This document shows positions 27,964 to 38,359 of a stretch of DNA of 64,000 bases, one piece after another. The stretch's first letter is position 1. Each line of letters starts with the position of its first letter. This stretch comes from an archaeon CG10_big_fil_rev_8_21_14_0_10_43_11. Lineage in GTDB: Archaea; Nanobdellota; Nanobdellia; PEZQ01. The stretch is from the NCBI GenBank assembly GCA_002763265.1, contig PEZQ01000007.1, positions 63,368-127,367 on the forward strand, read 5' to 3'. The notes beneath the pieces are model-generated. The model had not been told where the DNA came from. It ran no database searches and saw only the letters and a program-made list of their open reading frames with translations. The position numbers were made by a program, and so were the translations under genes.

Positions 27964-29144
27964 CTAACCACTCTTAACTTCGTATAAAATATGTGCAAAG
28001 AAGATTTGTGTTTGTTCCACAGATATTTTGATTCCAAAAGTGATTTCCCATTTTTTGAAAGTAACGCTCGTAGCTTTCTATTACGCGCAAGTTGTCTAAT
28101 TTTTTTTCGAAAATTGGACCAGGTGTCTGCTATTAGAATATTTTTACCATCAGTATAGTCAAGTCCTTCTGCTCCAACTTTTGTAGAGATAACAGGAAGA
28201 GCTGCATTCCAGTAATCAAGAATCTTAAATCTCGTACCCCCTCCTTGTAACAAAGGAACGATAGCTATATCGCACCGAGATAAAAAACTGTATATATCTT
28301 CAACAAAGCCAACAACTTCAACATTTTTAGATGAGACGGAAACCTCACCCGAACCAACAACTACAAACTTAAACTCAGGCATTCTTCTTGCAATATACCG
28401 ATCAATAATCGAAATCGCTTCAAAATTTGGATAGTAGTTTAATGAACCATGAAATATGATAGTACAACCAGTCTTATCAATATTCTTAATTTCATACGAA
28501 GACGCCAACGCATTAGGAATTACCAAAATGTAATCTTTGAGGCCATGCTTTTGTAAAATCGTTTTATCAAGATTAGATGGAACAATAACACCATCAGCTA
28601 ACTTCAAACAAAATAGTTCCCAACTCTTAAGAAGAGATGCTGCTGGCGATTTTCCCTTGCTTCTTAGAACCTTATGAAACTCAATATTATGTTCATCAAC
28701 AACCAGTTTTAATCCTAAAAGACGTGTTAGAAAAAAAGCACCTACAGATAATGCGGGAAATTCAACTTGAATGATATCGAGTTTATGTTTCTTAGCAACA
28801 TATAATACTTTTAAAAAAAGATCTATCCTATACGAAAAAGAGATGTGCGCGGCTTCTGAAAGCGGGAAAGAATTAGAACCACCCAGTATAAAAAATAGAA
28901 ACGAAATTATATTATCAAAAAGAAAGTAAATTGGCAGAAAAAGATAATAAGACATAAAAAGTGGAGTTGGATATTTTAACCTATCAGAATTAGCATAGTA
29001 AAAATTATTTTTATGCACTATGAAAGAATCTACCTGCTTAGATAGTCCACTAATACGAGCAATAGCTCCCGCACTAGAATTTTTTCCAGCAGTATTCTCA
29101 AGATTTAAGTATGTTAAAAAAGCAACTCTCATGACCGCACACAC
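27960..29144 (-). CDS. Glycosyltransferase family 4
   Basis: GT-B organisation; LLQGGGTRFKILDYWNAALPVISTKVGAEG; 4-nt overlap with downstream gene. Confidence 0.65.
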   Translation of the reverse strand: MCAVMRVAFLTYLNLENTAGKNSSAGAIARISGLSKQVDSFIVHKNNFYYANSDRLKYPTPLFMSYYLFLPIYFLFDNIISFLFFILGGSNSFPLSEAAHISFSYRIDLFLKVLYVAKKHKLDIIQVEFPALSVGAFFLTRLLGLKLVVDEHNIEFHKVLRSKGKSPAASLLKSWELFCLKLADGVIVPSNLDKTILQKHGLKDYILVIPNALASSYEIKNIDKTGCTIIFHGSLNYYPNFEAISIIDRYIARRMPEFKFVVVGSGEVSVSSKNVEVVGFVEDIYSFLSRCDIAIVPLLQGGGTRFKILDYWNAALPVISTKVGAEGLDYTDGKNILIADTWSNFRKKIRQLARNRKLRALLSKNGKSLLESKYLWNKHKSSLHIFYTKLRVVR

Positions 29145-29229
29145 AACTTTTTAGTATGGAATACACTATTAAGGATTCTGATATCACAGATGAAAAAAAA
29201 TAGTGCGAGTTCAACAAGAAACGATAGCT

Positions 29230-30297
29230 CTACTGGTCAGACTTAAATACACCCTGTAGCAGATTATGTAAGCTCTCGCCAACAGAACTAAAAGAATAGT
29301 TTTTTAAAACAGTTTTCCGTGCATTAGAACCCGTTTTGTGAAACTTGGAGAAATTTTTTGACATCTTGTTGATATAATTGACGATCTCATCATTATTTAG
29401 CAAGATAATATCGCTATCTAAATTGAACTCATTAAGACCTTCAACACCCTTATCATTAGTGATGGTTGGAATCTCACAAGCAGCTGCTTCTAGAATCTTA
29501 TTAAGACTACCTGAGGTCTTAAATAATGGGATTACTAATAGAACATGATTAGATGCCAAAATATCTGCGTAATTTTCCACATAACCCAAGTAATGAATAG
29601 TTTTAGAGTCAGATTTTTGAGGTGATTTTCCTATAACAAAAAACTCGATATTAGAAGAAAAACATGCCACGTTTTCCTCAACAAAATTAAGCGTGTTTTT
29701 ATTATACACAGAATCGAAAGGACCAACAAGTGCTACTCTAAACACATCATTGTTTTTTCTTTTTGGATAGAAAACGCTTTCATCAATAATATTATTTATT
29801 GTTTGAATCTTTTTAACACCATATTCCCTACGATAATACTTAGTAATATTTCTTGAAGCACAAATAACAAAATCACTCTGCCTAATTATAAATCTCTCAA
29901 GTAATGACTTTCTTCTGGTAACATGAAACTCCCTTGATTCTTCGGAGATGATCCCATGAAAATCGTATATCAATCTTATTCTCTTAAGTTTTGCCACTAC
30001 TGCGATTAAGAAAAAGCCATGTAAAACGCCTGAAACAAGAAATACGTCATAAGTTCGTGACATAAAGAGCAATATTTTCAAATACCATAAGAGACTATAC
30101 AATGGATAAAGAAAAGATTTAAACATTGGGGGGATTCTAGAAAGCAAAAAAGGAGTCTTTTCAAACGTAGACAAGACTTTGACATTATATGAGGGTTCTA
30201 ACATAGATGCAAAATTCTTAGGCCTAACAATATTACCACAATTTTTACTCCAATCTCCAAACACAATAAGCCCTATCTTCACAAAATGAGTATACAA
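29230..30297 (-). CDS. Glycosyltransferase (GT4-like)
   Basis: SGSLNKILEAAACEIPTITNDKGVEGL C-terminal sugar-donor binding motif. Confidence 0.6.
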   Translation of the reverse strand: MYTHFVKIGLIVFGDWSKNCGNIVRPKNFASMLEPSYNVKVLSTFEKTPFLLSRIPPMFKSFLYPLYSLLWYLKILLFMSRTYDVFLVSGVLHGFFLIAVVAKLKRIRLIYDFHGIISEESREFHVTRRKSLLERFIIRQSDFVICASRNITKYYRREYGVKKIQTINNIIDESVFYPKRKNNDVFRVALVGPFDSVYNKNTLNFVEENVACFSSNIEFFVIGKSPQKSDSKTIHYLGYVENYADILASNHVLLVIPLFKTSGSLNKILEAAACEIPTITNDKGVEGLNEFNLDSDIILLNNDEIVNYINKMSKNFSKFHKTGSNARKTVLKNYSFSSVGESLHNLLQGVFKSDQ

Positions 30298-30323
30298 GAA
30301 TTAAAAATAAAAAGTAATAGGTA

Positions 30324-31958
30324 CTACTCTACTTTATATACAGAAATTATTTGAGAAAACACCTTTGTTGTCGGGTCTTTGCCACTTTTTGTGTAAACTA
30401 AATCTAAATGTGAATCATTCGATTCGCTTGCTATATAGTCTGAAAGATAAGGCCACCGCTCATAATGACGTAAAGGATATAAGTGAAGAACAATCAGATA
30501 GTCAACTGAATGATTTTCTATCAATCGCTCAAATTCTATTCTTCTTCTTGGAACGCTTGTTATTTCTTGATTCGCATATACGGTAAGCGCAGTATACGCA
30601 TTAGAGAGGATACTATCAGACGAATTCGTATTTTGGAATATCCAGCTAGCAGCATCTGATAAAAACTCGTCAGATTGAACAGGAAAAAACAGAGATGAAA
30701 AACTAATTAAAACAACAAAGAGGAGGGTTACTGCTAAGAAAAATATACGAGGAGTAAAGACTTTTTTGAAGCTGTACACTACAAGAAAAGAAAATATTGG
30801 TAAAACAAACAGAAGATGTCTTGTTCCATGAGCCCAGTAGACTAAAATAAAAGCAAAGACAGAATAATAAAAAATAAGAATCGCTAATAATATTTGTTTT
30901 GGTATTTTACGCTTACCCAGAAATATAAGAAGTGGTAATCCTATCAACAGAGCAGTGTGACCAAATAGAGAGGCTAGCCTATTTTGAATTATTCCGAGAT
31001 TATCTGATAACGAACGCAAAAATTCAAAGGAGTCTGTTACTAAAAAACTTAAACTCGGCAAGGAAAAAACAAGTAAAACAAAACTCATAATTAAAAAAAG
31101 TTTTATTTTTTTGGAACGGGAAAAGAAGAATAAAGGGAAGAAAATAAAGGAAGATTGTTTAATCAAAAAAGAAAGGGTAAGAAAAATATATGAACTAAAC
31201 AAGAGCGATCTATTCCTTTCTTTGCTATATCTTAAGAATAAGAATAAGCTAAAAGATAATGTAATCGCTAAAAAAATATCAGAGTATAAACGTGGTGAGT
31301 TAAACCATACTGTAGGAAAAACAACTACCAGTAAAGAAGCAAACCACGCTAAACGTTTTGAAAAAAGTGAGCCGATAAGATAGGTAACTATTGGTAATAG
31401 AGATGATAAAAAAATCATCACATAACGCAAAAATAGAAGAGAAAAATGAAGTTCACCGAAAAAAGCAAGAACAAGAGAGAAGAATACACGGAAAATATTT
31501 GAAAGGGCTAAAAAAGTGGAAGGGTGTAAAATAGACCAGGCGTAAGCATATTCATCCTCGGTACCCATCATATGTAAGTTCCGCGTCAGTTGTAAAACTA
31601 AAAAAATAAAAGAAAGGCAGATTATAAAAAGTTCCGATTTCTCAGGATTCACCTGTTTATTGAAGTCTAAAAGGTGCAAGATTGTAAGAACAACAATAAA
31701 CAAGTTGCAAAATAGTAGAGCGCTAATACTAATAAAGTAACTTAAAAACTGTATAATTGAAAAAATACTCAACACTCCTAAAATACCAGCAATCAAAAGC
31801 TCAAGAAAAGAAAAGAGTTTATTAAATGGTTTAAACAAGGTTGCAAAACCAATACCAATAAAGGGTAGTGACAGAACTACAAGAAAGAGAGTATTCTCCT
31901 CTAGTAAGCCTATGTTTAATAAAACCAACCCTATAAGCGGATAAAGCCAAATACGCAT
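30324..31958 (-). CDS. GT-C-type membrane glycosyltransferase or glycan polymerase (ArnT/PMT-like)
   Basis: 544 aa; more than 10 N-terminal TM helices followed by a roughly 120-aa soluble C-terminal domain, the topology of GT39/GT83-like enzymes. Confidence 0.4.
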   Translation of the reverse strand: MRIWLYPLIGLVLLNIGLLEENTLFLVVLSLPFIGIGFATLFKPFNKLFSFLELLIAGILGVLSIFSIIQFLSYFISISALLFCNLFIVVLTILHLLDFNKQVNPEKSELFIICLSFIFLVLQLTRNLHMMGTEDEYAYAWSILHPSTFLALSNIFRVFFSLVLAFFGELHFSLLFLRYVMIFLSSLLPIVTYLIGSLFSKRLAWFASLLVVVFPTVWFNSPRLYSDIFLAITLSFSLFLFLRYSKERNRSLLFSSYIFLTLSFLIKQSSFIFFPLFFFSRSKKIKLFLIMSFVLLVFSLPSLSFLVTDSFEFLRSLSDNLGIIQNRLASLFGHTALLIGLPLLIFLGKRKIPKQILLAILIFYYSVFAFILVYWAHGTRHLLFVLPIFSFLVVYSFKKVFTPRIFFLAVTLLFVVLISFSSLFFPVQSDEFLSDAASWIFQNTNSSDSILSNAYTALTVYANQEITSVPRRRIEFERLIENHSVDYLIVLHLYPLRHYERWPYLSDYIASESNDSHLDLVYTKSGKDPTTKVFSQIISVYKVE

Positions 31959-32020
31959 AAGAAAAGATTACCTAACAGCAGAATTTAAAGTTATTATCAA
32001 TCAAAACTATAGAGAAATCA

Positions 32021-33076
32021 CTAACAAATCTGTTCATATAACTGAGAAACTCTCTGCAAAATAAGAGACCACGAATGATTCTTCATTACGAAATTCCTAC
32101 CGTTTCTTTTAAGCTTTAAACGTAACTCCTTGTTTATAATAATATCAAACATTGCAGCTTCTAATGAATCAATATCTCCAGAATCAATAATCATGGCAGA
32201 ATGCTCTTCCTCAAGAATTCTATGACCCCCAACAGCAGTAGTGATGACTGGAAGCCCAGCTGATAAAGCTTCTAACACTGTTAGTGAAAATCCTTCAAAG
32301 TATGAGGGGTTAAGAAGAACATCTGCTTTATTAAAGACAGTAGGCATGTTAGCATGCGAAATGCTGCCCAAATAAGTAACACCTTCAGTTTCTTTTGCAA
32401 GAGACAAGAGGGATCCCTTACCTGCAACTAAGAGTTGAACAGTTTTATATTTAGCATGCACGCGTTCAAATGCAGAAATTACATCATGAAATCCCTTTGC
32501 TTTTGTCAGACTTGACGCAAAAAGAAACGTGTTTGAAAAACGCTTTTGAACAGGGTAAAAAAGCTCAGTATCAACTGGATTCGGCAGATATGAAGAGGAA
32601 ACTTTGTTAATTTCGCTCTGGTAGCTTCTCTGTGAATTCCTATCACAAAACGCAACGTGATCTGGAGAGAAAAGTGACAACATGATTTTTTTATAGTGGT
32701 TAGAACCTGCGTTTGGCGTTTTAAGAGAATTGAGGGAATGAAAAAGAAAAGGAACTTTTGTTTTTAGAGAGACAACTCGAAGTGCTGGTATTGAAGACCA
32801 AGAAACGGAATGAATGATATCACATTCTTTGAAATATGCGACATGTTTCAAGATAGATCTGCTATTCTTAAAAAAACGAATCGGAAACGACGCAGTAGTG
32901 TTTGAAAGCGCATTCGTAAATGCAGCTTTGATTTTTTCTTCATTATTAGAAAAAGAAAAAATAGTGGTTTCAATACCCTTTTTTTGCAAAGAAACAGCTA
33001 AATCATGGATATGATTAGTTCCACCATAGTTATGGTCAGAAAGATTCATATCATCAATAATAAGACAAGCTTTCAT
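32021..33076 (-). CDS. Glycosyltransferase family 4
   Basis: YFEGFSLTVLEALSAGLPVITTAVGG motif. Confidence 0.7.
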   Translation of the reverse strand: MKACLIIDDMNLSDHNYGGTNHIHDLAVSLQKKGIETTIFSFSNNEEKIKAAFTNALSNTTASFPIRFFKNSRSILKHVAYFKECDIIHSVSWSSIPALRVVSLKTKVPFLFHSLNSLKTPNAGSNHYKKIMLSLFSPDHVAFCDRNSQRSYQSEINKVSSSYLPNPVDTELFYPVQKRFSNTFLFASSLTKAKGFHDVISAFERVHAKYKTVQLLVAGKGSLLSLAKETEGVTYLGSISHANMPTVFNKADVLLNPSYFEGFSLTVLEALSAGLPVITTAVGGHRILEEEHSAMIIDSGDIDSLEAAMFDIIINKELRLKLKRNGRNFVMKNHSWSLILQRVSQLYEQIC

Positions 33077-33720
33077 TATCTCACTCCTACCTTCTTTGCT
33101 ATCACTACAGTATAGGGTGCAATAAGTTTAAGAGGGAATCCTATTCCCTTTGTCCGGATAATTTCAAAACCACTATCTTGAAGTAATTTTTGTATCGTGG
33201 CAAAGGACCTACTGCATAACAGAAATTCATCACTGCTTTTTTTTCGATATCTCCACCACAAGAGGGGGTTACATGAATTTTTGAACTCAAAAATTAGAAT
33301 TCCTTCTTTCTTAAGAACGGCGTGCATTTGTTTAAGAGAGTTGACAACAACATCATCGGGAAGGTGGTGCATCACATCCACACAAAGAACAAAATCGAAG
33401 GAACTGTCCCTGAACGGTAAATTTTCCGCATCAGCATTAACGGGGCAGGGTGGAAACTGAACAGTCTTCTTAAAAAATTGCAACATATTAAATGAAAAAT
33501 CAACTGAAACAACAGATAAGCCGCGTTTAAGTAGTTGCGAAGAGTAAATACCAGGACCACAACCAAGGTCAAGTAACGTGCCTGAACGATTTTCTAAAAA
33601 ATCAAGCACGTAAGATAGTTCTCTTTTTTTAAGACGACCCCATGGTTTTGAGTCATCAAACATAGCCATAGGGGGGTCATTATCATAATGTTTTCTAATA
33701 TTATCTTTAGCGATTACCAT
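33076..33720 (-). CDS. Class I SAM-dependent methyltransferase
   Basis: LLDLGCGPGIYSSQL motif I; CVDVMHHL. Confidence 0.7.
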   Translation of the reverse strand: MVIAKDNIRKHYDNDPPMAMFDDSKPWGRLKKRELSYVLDFLENRSGTLLDLGCGPGIYSSQLLKRGLSVVSVDFSFNMLQFFKKTVQFPPCPVNADAENLPFRDSSFDFVLCVDVMHHLPDDVVVNSLKQMHAVLKKEGILIFEFKNSCNPLLWWRYRKKSSDEFLLCSRSFATIQKLLQDSGFEIIRTKGIGFPLKLIAPYTVVIAKKVGVR

Positions 33721-34327
33721 TTTTTATCACAGCGATATAAAAATGTCTAAATGGCTTAGAATAGTTCTCATACAACACTTTTGCCCCAGACTGCTCATAC
33801 AATTCATGCCATTCAGTTAATGTTCTATACTTTGTTCCCCCATCAAGACATTTCCACCATATATTCTTTATCAAACGCACAAACCCCTTGTTGGAATTAA
33901 TATTATCCAATATTAACGTGTAGCTTGAAACACGTAATGATTCCTCAATAGCATAAACTACTTTACCAATAGGTATATGATGCACAACCGATGACAAAAC
34001 GCTCAAATCAAAACTGTTATCACGGAAGGGAGCATTTTCTGCGCGACCTACGACAAATGACTTAGTTAGGTTAGATGCATGTTTAACCATTTCAAAACTT
34101 GGATCTATTCCATAAAATTTTTCAACATCCAATCCTAAATTCGTTTGTAAATCCCCCCGACCACAACCAAGATCAACAATAGAACGAACATTAAACCTTA
34201 AAACTATATCTTGAACGTCCCATGTCTTCTTAAAATAACGCTTAGCATATTTCCCTACTCTTGATAAAAGCACTATCTTCATTCGATAAAGTGAGGGTGT
34301 ATCAAATATCCTTTCTTGTAAACTCAT
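33707..34327 (-). CDS. Class I SAM-dependent methyltransferase
   Basis: IVDLGCGRGDL motif I; VLSSVVHHI. Confidence 0.7.
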   Translation of the reverse strand: MSLQERIFDTPSLYRMKIVLLSRVGKYAKRYFKKTWDVQDIVLRFNVRSIVDLGCGRGDLQTNLGLDVEKFYGIDPSFEMVKHASNLTKSFVVGRAENAPFRDNSFDLSVLSSVVHHIPIGKVVYAIEESLRVSSYTLILDNINSNKGFVRLIKNIWWKCLDGGTKYRTLTEWHELYEQSGAKVLYENYSKPFRHFYIAVIKNGNR

Positions 34328-35430
34328 TTTAATATCCCCTTATAAAAATTAATCGTAGCTAAACCAACATGTTTCCATGAATATTTTAAAGCTATAACCC
34401 CTTTTAATTTGTATCCTACCTGCGTAATATCTCTTTTATTGTTAATAAACTTCATAATAGCTCTACCCAACGCCTTACCCGAATAAGGTTCTATAACCAC
34501 TCCTAGTTTCTCCTTTAAAAATAATTCAGAAACACCCGCACCATACGTAACAATCACTGGTTTGCCCATAGCGCCGGCTTCAAGGGCAACCATACCAAAA
34601 CTTTCCTCAATCGACGGGGAGGGTAGCACGAACACATCACACTCTTCATACATCTTTAGAAGCTCTTTTTCTGGGAGAAAGTTCCGAAAAATTATTTTTC
34701 TCTCAAGACCAAGTTCAAGTACTTTTTTCTTAATCATTGCTTCTTGCGGACCATTGCCAACAATAGTAAAACTCACCTTTTCATTCTCGAGTAACTTTGC
34801 AGCGTCAACTAAATAGTCCAATCCCTTATAACGTCGTAAAGCACCCACAAACAAGACTTGTAACGGAGAATGAAGATTTCTCTTTTTGGCAACAAATTTT
34901 TTCGTGTCAACACCATGATAAATAACGTTTATTTTCTTCTTGTACCTTGAAAGAAATTTTGATGATTTAATTGCCTTACGCGAATTAACAATGATACCTG
35001 CAGCATGCTTCAAAATGAAAGTATAACAAAACTTATTATACAACGAAGAAGGCAATCCGAAAAACCAGTTCATGCGAATCTCTTTACCATGAGAATAGAC
35101 AACATAGGTCTTTCTCGCAATAATACATGCAAGAGCCCCAATATCTAAAAAAATAGGATGCGGATAATGGAGTTGCACGATATCCGCATCAGACTTCAAA
35201 ATTTCAAAGAAAATCCCTAAAGAAAAAGGCATACCAAGAATGGATAGTGATTTAACTCGCTTTATGGGAATTCCATCCATAACTTCAAAAGATTTTTTAG
35301 AGCCTAAAGTCGAGGTAAGCACTGAAACATCATGACCTTGTTTCATCATTTCTTTGCTCAAATAATACACGTAGTAAGGCACCCCACCTTTTCGTGGAAG
35401 AAACGTTGAAGGAACTTGCAATATCTTCAT
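34324..35430 (-). CDS. Glycosyltransferase family 4
   Basis: ESFGMVALEAGAMGKPVIVTYGAGVSE motif. Confidence 0.75.
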   Translation of the reverse strand: MKILQVPSTFLPRKGGVPYYVYYLSKEMMKQGHDVSVLTSTLGSKKSFEVMDGIPIKRVKSLSILGMPFSLGIFFEILKSDADIVQLHYPHPIFLDIGALACIIARKTYVVYSHGKEIRMNWFFGLPSSLYNKFCYTFILKHAAGIIVNSRKAIKSSKFLSRYKKKINVIYHGVDTKKFVAKKRNLHSPLQVLFVGALRRYKGLDYLVDAAKLLENEKVSFTIVGNGPQEAMIKKKVLELGLERKIIFRNFLPEKELLKMYEECDVFVLPSPSIEESFGMVALEAGAMGKPVIVTYGAGVSELFLKEKLGVVIEPYSGKALGRAIMKFINNKRDITQVGYKLKGVIALKYSWKHVGLATINFYKGILK

Positions 35431-36518
35431 CCAAACAATTCCTCCATTAGTGGTACGACACGCGCGTCAACAGGTATTCCCAAAACCCGCGAAGCCAGAC
35501 TATCCGAAACAGGACACACCCCTCTCTCAACAGGAAACCCACCAAACAAGGAAACTGCTTCAACCCCTTGCTTCTTTAGTCTGAGGATTGTATTCGCTTT
35601 ATAGTCTGTTGAAAACATAAGACGATTAAACGTGCTTTTTCCATTTTCTTTTTGCACAACAAAGCCGTGTTCACTTAGTTTTTTCCTCAAGAGAAGTGAC
35701 ACTTTTCGTCTATGCTCTAATTCAAGGGAAAAGTCACGCAATTTCACAATTCCCAGTGACGCGAGATACTGTGACGGATTCGCAGCTAATTGCGATGATA
35801 GATGGGCATATTGAGTTTTGAGACGTTTCTGTTTGACAAAATGTCCTGCATATGAATAGACTGTTTCATTAGTAAGGACAGACGCCACAAAATTTCGTAC
35901 GAAATTCGTTAGGCCTTGTGATGAAAAGGCAACACGCTGTTTTATGAATGAGTGCACCCCCTCATTATTTGTTGCAACAGATCCTAAACCACCAAGGGCA
36001 AGCGATTTTCCCAAACCAAAACTAAAAATAGTTGCATCAGCAAAAGAACCTACACACCTATTTTTGTATCGTGCACCAAATGCGGTTGCTGCATCATCAA
36101 TAAAAAAAAGTTCATTATCCTGACAAAAATCGTGCAACTCATCTAAGCGCGCAGGATTACCAAAAGGGTCAACTGAAATAAGAATCTTTGAACCAGTTTT
36201 TGCAAAATCCACATTTTCTGAGTCAAGCGCATAATCCTCACTACGCACGTCAGCAAGAACAGGTTTTGCCCCAGCATATTTCACAACGTCTGCAACAATG
36301 TCTGCAGTAAACGCGGGCATGACAACTTTTGACGGCGCGCCAGCGTACTTTAGTAGGTGAAACAATGCCTGTCTTCCAGATGCACAGAGCGCAACATATT
36401 TTACTCCCAAAAAGTCACTCAGTTCCTTCTCGAACTGGGATATGGATTGCTTGTTCATCCTAAAAAGTGCAGTGTATGCTTCGTTCAGACTTAATTGAGG
36501 TGTGTGAGCAGGAATCAA
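35427..36518 (-). CDS. DegT/DnrJ/EryC1/StrS-family PLP-dependent sugar aminotransferase
   Basis: 363 aa; fold-type I aminotransferase pattern with Asp (FFIDDAATAFGA) and Lys-containing loop (SFGLGKSLA). Confidence 0.7.
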   Translation of the reverse strand: MIPAHTPQLSLNEAYTALFRMNKQSISQFEKELSDFLGVKYVALCASGRQALFHLLKYAGAPSKVVMPAFTADIVADVVKYAGAKPVLADVRSEDYALDSENVDFAKTGSKILISVDPFGNPARLDELHDFCQDNELFFIDDAATAFGARYKNRCVGSFADATIFSFGLGKSLALGGLGSVATNNEGVHSFIKQRVAFSSQGLTNFVRNFVASVLTNETVYSYAGHFVKQKRLKTQYAHLSSQLAANPSQYLASLGIVKLRDFSLELEHRRKVSLLLRKKLSEHGFVVQKENGKSTFNRLMFSTDYKANTILRLKKQGVEAVSLFGGFPVERGVCPVSDSLASRVLGIPVDARVVPLMEELFG

Positions 36519-37535
36519 CTACGGAAACCTCCGTTTTATCTGAGGGCCGATATAGGGATTGCATAAGACTCTTTGAGCATGCTTGACAAGCGGAGAAAGA
36601 AAAAGAAATTTTTTCTTATCTATGCTCTCCCCTTTTACGTGCACGCTATTGAGAATGGCTTGTTTTGAACCCCACTTGCTTTTAAAACGCATATACGAAT
36701 CACGGGGTTGGGTTCTACCAAAATCTATGCGAGAACAGCCTACATCTAATGCATGTTTTATTTGTTCATTATACAGCACATCATTTGACATGCAAGAACT
36801 ATATGATAAGTTAGAGGCCATGTTCCACATAAGTGCTGTTTTTCCATGATAAAACGTAAGCATCACTCCAATAGGGATTTCATACGTATAGCACATGGTA
36901 AAACGGGCACAGTTCACATATGAGTTTATATTCGTAAATAATGACTTTGCATGCGGCGGACTTCCCAATTCTTTCATTCGTTTGATATAGAATGAATAGT
37001 ATGTATCAATATCCTTGGTTTCACACACATGAATGCCTGAATTATTTGCTTTACGGATTGCTTTTCGAATTCCAGATTTTTTTGTGTAAACACCATGCCA
37101 AATATCATTATCAAAATCTTTTCCAGCAATGTCAAGATAGTACAGGTAACCATTCAGTTTCTTGTTCTCATGGGCAATAGGATAAAATGGAGACTCTCTA
37201 AATTCGATAACGTCCGCATCAAATGACTTGTAAAATTCAATAAATTTTTGTATATCCTCAACTCTGTTGACAAGAGGATACCCGTACTCAGCAAAAGGCT
37301 GAGAAACAATAGAGTTACCCTTAATTGTTTTAACAAGAAAAGCAGGGCAAACACCAACAATCTTGCCTTTATCCTCGAGAATAGTGTAAAGTGGTTTGTA
37401 GCCATACGTTTCTTCTAACACTCGCTTCCAACCAAGCGTGTGAAAAATAGTGCTATGCGGATGTTTTTTGACATACTCATGATAGGTGCGTTCTTGTGCT
37501 GATTCCAGCAATTTTACCGGCATTGTATTTAACAA
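36519..37535 (-). CDS. FemAB-like / GNAT-fold acyltransferase (second copy)
   Basis: 338 aa, same two-lobed architecture as 23900-24868. Confidence 0.5.
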   Translation of the reverse strand: MLNTMPVKLLESAQERTYHEYVKKHPHSTIFHTLGWKRVLEETYGYKPLYTILEDKGKIVGVCPAFLVKTIKGNSIVSQPFAEYGYPLVNRVEDIQKFIEFYKSFDADVIEFRESPFYPIAHENKKLNGYLYYLDIAGKDFDNDIWHGVYTKKSGIRKAIRKANNSGIHVCETKDIDTYYSFYIKRMKELGSPPHAKSLFTNINSYVNCARFTMCYTYEIPIGVMLTFYHGKTALMWNMASNLSYSSCMSNDVLYNEQIKHALDVGCSRIDFGRTQPRDSYMRFKSKWGSKQAILNSVHVKGESIDKKKFLFLSPLVKHAQRVLCNPYIGPQIKRRFP

Positions 37536-38359
37536 CCTCCATGATATGTTATCACGTTCTTAGGATACAAGTTAAGCATATCACGAAAACAAGTGAAATT
37601 AAAATCTTCATCTTGCAACGTATCCAAAACAGAACCAAACACACTTTGATAATAGTTTCCTGTTCTCCAGCGAACTCTAAACGGGAGAGGTGTTGATGCC
37701 AGATTAAGAAATTCCCAAGGGTGAAAATACAAACAAATTGTCTGCGAGTGCGCAGTCAAACGTTGCACCCCATCTAAAACAAATTGTTTTCCAAGCAAGC
37801 GAACCCACGCACCACCCAAGGGCAATTTAAAAACAGGATGAACTGACAACGGAAATTCAGGAATACTCATATTTTGAGGAAATTTCTTACCGCCATAAAA
37901 AAAAGGTATTTTAATGCTTGGCATATAAGAGCTACTATACTGATACCCGGCTTGCTTAAGCAGGTGATAATCTTCGTGGTTCATGCTAAACGTTGGAGCT
38001 CGAAAGCCAATCACTTTTTTTCCTGAAATTTTTTCAAGCACCTTCTTAGATTCCACAACTTCTCGTCTAAAATCATCTTTTGTACAGCGGTTAAGAAACG
38101 GGTGCGTTTGAGAATGTGACGCGATTTCATGTTTTCGCGCAATTTCTTTGATTATATGTTGGTTCTTTTGGGCAAACTCACCTACCACGAAAAACGTTGC
38201 CAAAACATCGTGATTGGCCAACATATCAAGAATCAAACCAAGCGCGTGAGAAAGGTCTAGGTCAAGCTCATCTTTTCTCACGCCCCGTCTCAACGCTTTT
38301 TTTCCTGCAGGAATGTGATACAAGTTCTCAACATCAAAGGAAATAATTGCTTGTTTCAC
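37529..38359 (-). CDS. Polysaccharide deacetylase family protein
   Basis: N-terminal ISFDVEN...LATFFVVGEFAQKN...HEIASHSQTHP resembles NodB-type deacetylases (DVE in place of D-D, His-containing motif). Confidence 0.6.
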   Translation of the reverse strand: MKQAIISFDVENLYHIPAGKKALRRGVRKDELDLDLSHALGLILDMLANHDVLATFFVVGEFAQKNQHIIKEIARKHEIASHSQTHPFLNRCTKDDFRREVVESKKVLEKISGKKVIGFRAPTFSMNHEDYHLLKQAGYQYSSSYMPSIKIPFFYGGKKFPQNMSIPEFPLSVHPVFKLPLGGAWVRLLGKQFVLDGVQRLTAHSQTICLYFHPWEFLNLASTPLPFRVRWRTGNYYQSVFGSVLDTLQDEDFNFTCFRDMLNLYPKNVITYHGGC

